From Gemmatimonadaceae bacterium (GTDB lineage Bacteria > Gemmatimonadota > Gemmatimonadetes > Gemmatimonadales > Gemmatimonadaceae), in assembly GCA_051859245.1 (NCBI GenBank), contig JBHYGA010000004.1:832001-896000 (forward strand): a DNA stretch of 64,000 nucleotides, given 5' to 3'. Positions 58,970 through 64,000 of the stretch are shown here, piece after piece. Made by a program: the position numbers and the translations under genes. Numbering within the stretch: position 1 is the stretch's first letter; the number at the start of each line of letters is the position of its first letter. The notes beneath the pieces are model-generated. The model did no database searches and was not told the origin of the DNA. It saw nothing but the letters and a program-made list of their open reading frames with translations.

Positions 58970-59198
58970 GGGAAGGCTCGCGAAAGTTGAGGAGTCGGAT
59001 GGTAAGACCGGATCGATACGACTCCATCAACTGGCAAGCGCAGTGCCAGCGCGACACAAACGCCAAGTTGTGTATTGGCAGGCGATTAGACAATGCGGTA
59101 CGCCGCGGCGCGCGCTTGAACGTCCACCCCGCAGGACACTGAGTGTCCTATTCGGATGGTGTCGCGAACGCTCGATGGCGGCTCGCGCGGCGCCGGAT

Positions 59199-59693
59199 TC
59201 AGGCCGCTTCGGGACGGGCCTTGAAATACGCCGAGCAGGCGTGGCGCAGCGCCAGTGCGGCCGACGCCTCGAGTTCGTACTCAAAGTGCAAATCGCCAAG
59301 TGCTTCCGCGTCATGATGCTTGATCAGGCGCGATGCGTGGTCAGCGATGGAGTGTCGGCGCAGGTACTCACGCGCGGCGTGCCAGAGCACATTGCCCAAC
59401 TTTCTGAGCGCTTCGTCGGGGATCGAGTCGGTCTTGCACGCCTCTTCGTACTGCGACACGCACTCTTCGAGCGCCAGGTCGCAGGTGTCGACAATCGCGT
59501 GGGCGGCGGTGAGTTCAGCGCGTCCCACATTGCGTGCAATCAGACGGGAAAGACGTTCACGCTGCCGCGCACACTCATCGGCTGTGCGAGAGAGCGCATC
59601 TGCGCAGGCGGTCGGGTGCGCGTTGAACGCAACATCTTCGTCTTCGTGAAGCTGCTGCGACGTGGACGGACGGGAGCTTCGAGTGCCGGGCAT
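59199..59693 (-). CDS. Hypothetical helical protein
   Basis: 164 aa ORF filling the gap; rich in Cys and His; no family recognised. Confidence 0.6.
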   Translation of the reverse strand: MPGTRSSRPSTSQQLHEDEDVAFNAHPTACADALSRTADECARQRERLSRLIARNVGRAELTAAHAIVDTCDLALEECVSQYEEACKTDSIPDEALRKLGNVLWHAAREYLRRHSIADHASRLIKHHDAEALGDLHFEYELEASAALALRHACSAYFKARPEAA

Positions 59694-59914
59694 GGAACGC
59701 AGACCGATGCGGACTCGTGAGAATCGCGTACCAGGTGGCGGTACAGATTCAGCACGGGTCGGGTGGTAGGACCTGTGATCTACCTAGAGGGAGGGGGCGA
59801 ACGGTAGTGGGGGCACCCACAAGGACGGTCAGGGCGCCATGTTTGAGTGTCCGTGATTCAGCCGTAGCTGTTACAGGCTCGGCCAAAATCCAACCTACTT
59901 TGTCCGGGAGAGTC

Positions 59915-60730
59915 ATGTCGAACGCAACGTCAGCGACCGGTGGATTTCAGCATCTTGAGGTCGAGACGTCGGCGAACGGCGTCTGTACCATCACGCTGAA
60001 CCGACCGGATCGGTTGAACGCGGTGAACCCGCAGCTCTCGATTGAGTTGCCACTCGCGGTGGATCGTGCGGCACAGGATGACGCCGTACGCGTGGTGGTG
60101 ATCACCGGCGCGGGACGCGGCTTCTGCGCGGGGCTCGACCTGGGTGAGCCAGTGTCGCTGACGGCCGGAACGCGAACGGATCGACTCGATCCGCTCTATT
60201 GGGTGGGAAAGTGGGTGCTTTCCATTACGCGTTGCGAGAAGCCAGTCATTGCAGCGATCAACGGACCAGCTGCGGGTGCCGGCTTTGGACTCGCGCTGGC
60301 GTGCGATATGCGCGTGGTCGCGGCTGGAGCGCGTTTAACTGCAGGTTATGTCCGTCGCGGCTTGTCGCCCGATGCCGGTGTCACGTGGATGTTGCCGCGA
60401 CTGATCGGACACGCGCGCGCGGCGGAAATAATCTTCAGCGGACGTGATGTGCTGGCCGACGAAGCGGAACGCATCGGACTGGCCACGCGCGTGGCCGCGG
60501 ACGGCGACGCGCTCGCGACGGCGCACGCGATGGCGGACATGATGGCGTCCGGCCCGCCGATTGCGCTCGCCCTCACCAAACGCCTGCTGCTTGAGAGTGC
60601 AAGCGCAACACTCGAAGCGCAGCTGCGGAGCGAGCTGTCGCACATCAAGACGTGTTTTGGTACGGCCGATGTGCGCGAAGCACTGGCGGCGTTTGGAGAG
60701 AAACGACCGCCGGTATTTCAGGGCAAATAG
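59915..60730 (+). CDS. Enoyl-CoA hydratase/isomerase (crotonase; PaaG-like)
   Basis: ITLNRPDRLNA, GRGFCAGLDL, KPVIAAINGPAAGAG, ACD and GLSPDAG; GGGAGA RBS before ATG 59915. Confidence 0.92.
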   Translation: MSNATSATGGFQHLEVETSANGVCTITLNRPDRLNAVNPQLSIELPLAVDRAAQDDAVRVVVITGAGRGFCAGLDLGEPVSLTAGTRTDRLDPLYWVGKWVLSITRCEKPVIAAINGPAAGAGFGLALACDMRVVAAGARLTAGYVRRGLSPDAGVTWMLPRLIGHARAAEIIFSGRDVLADEAERIGLATRVAADGDALATAHAMADMMASGPPIALALTKRLLLESASATLEAQLRSELSHIKTCFGTADVREALAAFGEKRPPVFQGK

Positions 60731-60739
60731 TGCCTGCGG

Positions 60740-61933
60740 TCAGCTGAGCGGCGGAGTTTTCCCGGGGCGCACGCGCAAGTGCGGTGGCAACTGCGCAATG
60801 AGCGGACCGAGTTCCGTGGCGCGATCGAGCGTGGTCACGAAGGTGAGCCCTTCAATGCTCACCACGAGCAGTCCACTCACACCGTACACGACAATCTCGC
60901 CGTCTTCGCTGTGCACGATGTTACCCGAGGCATCCACGCAGTGCACGGGCCCCATCACACCGTTGCCCGTGTCATCAAGCTCGCGTACGCGTCGCAAGGA
61001 TGCCCATGTGCCAACGTCATCCCAACCAAAACCGGCGGCGAGCACCACCACTTTGTCACTGCGTTCCAGCAAGCCGCGATCAATGGAGATGCTGCGTGTA
61101 ATCTGCTCAACAAACAGCGGCATCTCGCCCGCTGCGAGAAACGGCAACCCACTCGCGATTTCAGGCACGCGGGAGGAGAGTTCATCGAGCACCGTTTGCG
61201 CTTGCCACACGAACACGCCGGTGTTCCACAACGCGCCCTCGGCGATCAGCGTATCGGCGAGCGCGAGCGACGGTTTCTCAACAAAGTGCTCAACGTGACA
61301 CGCACCGCCGTCTGCCAACGACACAAACGAATCGAGCGGCAGGCCGGGCTTGAGGTAGCCAAAATACGGCTCGCAACGCGACGGCTTCGCCCCAATGGTG
61401 ACCAGCCATGCGTCGGTTGACGCCAACTGCGCGGCTTTGCGCAACGTGTCATGAAACGCATCGCGGTAGTCCACCGCGAGGTCGGCGTGCAGTGCGCAGA
61501 ACACCGTTTTGGGTCCGGCACGACGGCTGATTTCCTGCGCGCCCCAGGCCAGCGCGGCGGCCGTGCCAAGGGGGCGTGGCTCAATGAGCAGATTGGCGCG
61601 CGGCAGCTCGGGAATGGCCGCGTGCAACACCTCCGCGATATCGGCACTTGTGACTACGAGGACGCGCTGTGCCGGCACCAGCGGGGCCAGTCGCGCGAGC
61701 GTGTCAGCGATCAGCGGACGCGCATCAACGAGCGGAAGCACCTGCTTTGGCCGATCGGGCGTACTGATCGGCCAGAATCGAGTACCGATACCGCCTGCAA
61801 ACACGACCGCCCAGAGCGACGTGCCAACGTCCATCGAAAATTCAGGCTCGAGCTGCTCGAGCAGTTCCGGATCAATGACGCCTGTACCAACGTCTGAATC
61901 GTTCGACGGAGCGGGAACGCGCGGTGTGGTCAT
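60740..61933 (-). CDS. manC: Mannose-1-phosphate guanylyltransferase
   Basis: AGGIGTRFWPIS...PKQ, EPRPLGTA, FVEKP, WNTG, SID and GWDDVGTW. Confidence 0.85.
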   Translation of the reverse strand: MTTPRVPAPSNDSDVGTGVIDPELLEQLEPEFSMDVGTSLWAVVFAGGIGTRFWPISTPDRPKQVLPLVDARPLIADTLARLAPLVPAQRVLVVTSADIAEVLHAAIPELPRANLLIEPRPLGTAAALAWGAQEISRRAGPKTVFCALHADLAVDYRDAFHDTLRKAAQLASTDAWLVTIGAKPSRCEPYFGYLKPGLPLDSFVSLADGGACHVEHFVEKPSLALADTLIAEGALWNTGVFVWQAQTVLDELSSRVPEIASGLPFLAAGEMPLFVEQITRSISIDRGLLERSDKVVVLAAGFGWDDVGTWASLRRVRELDDTGNGVMGPVHCVDASGNIVHSEDGEIVVYGVSGLLVVSIEGLTFVTTLDRATELGPLIAQLPPHLRVRPGKTPPLS

Positions 61934-62070
61934 GGCGTCGGCGTGAGTGAGTCGCGCACGGAAATCGCGCACAGGAATCGCGGAGGCCAGCGACGCGCGC
62001 TGACCCGTCTCTTAGCAAAGTATCTCACGTCCCAAGGGCCTGTCACCTGTGCACTGACGGCCCGGGCGTC

Positions 62071-63117
62071 TTACAGATCCTCCCGGGTCACGCCGGGCGT
62101 CTCAAGCACGAAGTCCGCACCGTATGCGCGCGACGGCGTCTGGAATCCCGGCGGCGCGTGGCCGGCCAGTACGCGTTGCGCAATGCGCACCGCGGTGTCG
62201 GCCGTGAGCGAGTAGCCTTCGGGACCGCGCAGTCGTGATACCACGGTGCGACCGTCGGGCGCCGACGCTTCGCCCCACAGCAGACTTGCGCCGGTTGCTC
62301 GCGCGTTCGCGTTCGGCCCCGGCGGCGCCGCGCGCACCTTCGCCGCCAGCCGTTTCTGCATGAATCCGGTGCGCAATAACCAGCCGATGTGGCGCGAGCG
62401 CTTGAGCATGGCGAGTTGTTTTGGATGCACGCTCATGTACACGCGCACATCGCCAATGCCGGTGCTGTGGTACGCGGTGCTCACGTCGCCCCAGGGAATC
62501 GTCACCGCCAGCTTGGGGCCGTCGCCAAAGTCGATTGTGCGCGTGTGGTACGCAGGTGGAACCGGAACCAGTGTGCCGCGCTCGCGAATGCACCCCGGTT
62601 TGCCAAGGTTTTCAATCATGGTGAGTGCCGTGCCACGAGATACCCCGCCGAGGGCGCGAAATCCGAGTGCGAGCGACGTGGCCGCCGGCAATCGCGCGTG
62701 CAAATGCGCGGCGAGACAATCGCTGGGCACGACATCGAATCCGGTGCCGGGCATGAGCATGATCTGCGCGCGTTTCGCTTCGTCACTGCGAGCGGCGAGC
62801 GCTTCGAACACCGGAAGCTCGCCGGTAATGTCGAGGTAATGCACGCGATGGCGCAGGCATGCGGCCACCATTGGTGCGTATGTGTGCGAGAATGGCCCCG
62901 CGCAGTGCAGCACAACTTGCACACCAGGAAAGAGCGCATCAACCTCGGCCACGTTGTCGAGTGACGCGATACGAAATGACAATCCGTGCGGTTCCGCGAT
63001 CGCCCGAACGCTGCTGGCGTCGCGTCCGGCGAGAATTGGACGAAGTCCAACATCGAGTGCGCGCTGCACGATCAGTTGCCCGGTATATCCGGTCACGCCA
63101 TAGATGAGCAGCGACAT
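62071..63117 (-). CDS. Saccharopine dehydrogenase-like NADP-binding protein (trans-acting enoyl reductase family)
   Basis: YGVTGYTG, HCAGPF, YLDITGE, GFDVVPSD and SRGT; start at ATG 63117. Confidence 0.88.
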   Translation of the reverse strand: MSLLIYGVTGYTGQLIVQRALDVGLRPILAGRDASSVRAIAEPHGLSFRIASLDNVAEVDALFPGVQVVLHCAGPFSHTYAPMVAACLRHRVHYLDITGELPVFEALAARSDEAKRAQIMLMPGTGFDVVPSDCLAAHLHARLPAATSLALGFRALGGVSRGTALTMIENLGKPGCIRERGTLVPVPPAYHTRTIDFGDGPKLAVTIPWGDVSTAYHSTGIGDVRVYMSVHPKQLAMLKRSRHIGWLLRTGFMQKRLAAKVRAAPPGPNANARATGASLLWGEASAPDGRTVVSRLRGPEGYSLTADTAVRIAQRVLAGHAPPGFQTPSRAYGADFVLETPGVTREDL

Positions 63118-63326
63118 GGTCTGTTCACGAGTAGGGAAATCTCTGACGGGGGAATGCTGACGAGCAAATCCCGACAATCGCGACGTCGTGTCGCGACCAC
63201 TGGCGCATTCACGCCGAAGGCCACATGGTGCTATACGTGCGCGTCCCACGTCAACCGGGGAGACCGTACCGATGGCCTCCCACGCGCGCCCCACGCGATC
63301 GGCATCTCCATGCCGGGAGGCCCGCC

Positions 63327-64000
63327 ATGCCCGCGATAATTACCGCGCTGCCGCAGGAACTCGTCGCTGCATTTCGAAGCGGCGACGAACACGCGTTCGA
63401 ACAACTGGTGCACTCGCGTTTCGATACACTCGTTGACAAGGCACAACAACAGCTTGGTACCGACTCGGGCGCTGCACCACGCGTCGCAATGAGTGTGCTG
63501 CTGAGTGCGTGGACTGATCGTGCGCAGTTTGCAACGCCGATGTCGCTCGACGATTACCTCGATGAATCACTGCCGCATCGCTGTGCCGACGAGCTGCGTC
63601 GTCGCGCCGCGTTACACCGGTTTGAAGTGCACGAAGGCGTGCAGGTGACCGCACCGCCTGCGAAGCAGGGAATGTCTGCCGCGCAGGCGTGGGATGCCAT
63701 TGCCACGCGTTTGCATGTGTCCGACGCCGAACGGGAAGAGCATCGCGAAGAATCGCGTGTGCTCGCCAAGCGACACGCTCGTGAGCACGTGAACAGTGTC
63801 GCCGGACAGAGGCTGTCGATGGGCATGATTATCACCGGCGTCGTGTTGCTGATTGCCGTGGTGGTGGCCATGCGGTTCATGGATCGCGGCAGCGCCGAGC
63901 TGGCGCTCACGCGCGCACTCGAAGCGGAAGACGTGCGCGTGATGCGCGCGGCACCTGGTCAGCGCGGTACCATCACGCTGCTCGATGAAAGCACAGCACA
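63327..64000 (+). CDS. ECF-sigma-region-2-like / TM / FecR-like protein, 3'-truncated by window edge (absent from ORF track)
   Basis: My translation from ATG 63327 (GGGAGG RBS) is open to the window end: ELVAAFRSGDEHAFEQLV..., TM IITGVVLLIAVVVAM, then FecR-like APGQRGTITLLDESTA. Confidence 0.7.
   Translation, partial: MPAIITALPQELVAAFRSGDEHAFEQLVHSRFDTLVDKAQQQLGTDSGAAPRVAMSVLLSAWTDRAQFATPMSLDDYLDESLPHRCADELRRRAALHRFEVHEGVQVTAPPAKQGMSAAQAWDAIATRLHVSDAEREEHREESRVLAKRHAREHVNSVAGQRLSMGMIITGVVLLIAVVVAMRFMDRGSAELALTRALEAEDVRVMRAAPGQRGTITLLDESTA

Noticed and set aside
1..64000. CRISPR arrays, tRNA/rRNA, transposases, integrases and prophage genes
   Set aside because: None seen by eye; the only repeats found were a two-copy 14-mer and codon-level low-complexity tracts.

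Overview
GC-rich bacterial chromosomal window with about 54 densely packed CDS. I found no rRNA, tRNA, CRISPR array or mobile element. Gene content (many secreted peptidases, a Hanks-type kinase, a plug-only SusC-like protein, hybrid histidine kinases) suggests Gemmatimonadota; this is inference only. The main result is a compact six-gene cluster at 16.1-23.1 kb (mch-mcl-mct-smtB-smtA, plus divergent meh). Its proteins closely resemble, from my recall of the sequences, the Chloroflexus aurantiacus enzymes for malyl-CoA cleavage and the glyoxylate-assimilation cycle of the 3-hydroxypropionate bi-cycle. mcr and pcs are not in the window. Second, two similar Fur-box-like operators about 10 kb apart precede a secreted CbiX-type chelatase-fold protein and a tandem-domain HmuY-like lipoprotein, hinting at a split heme/iron acquisition regulon. 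Also present: the four-gene ligase-associated DNA repair operon, a sua5/tsaC gene with a +1 frameshift and an apparent ATC start, a chlamydial/plastid-type FabI, an SPFH-RHH operon with a palindromic candidate operator, and an ECF-sigma-region-2-like/TM/FecR-like fusion at the right edge that the ORF track missed. All family calls come from motif recognition, not database searches.
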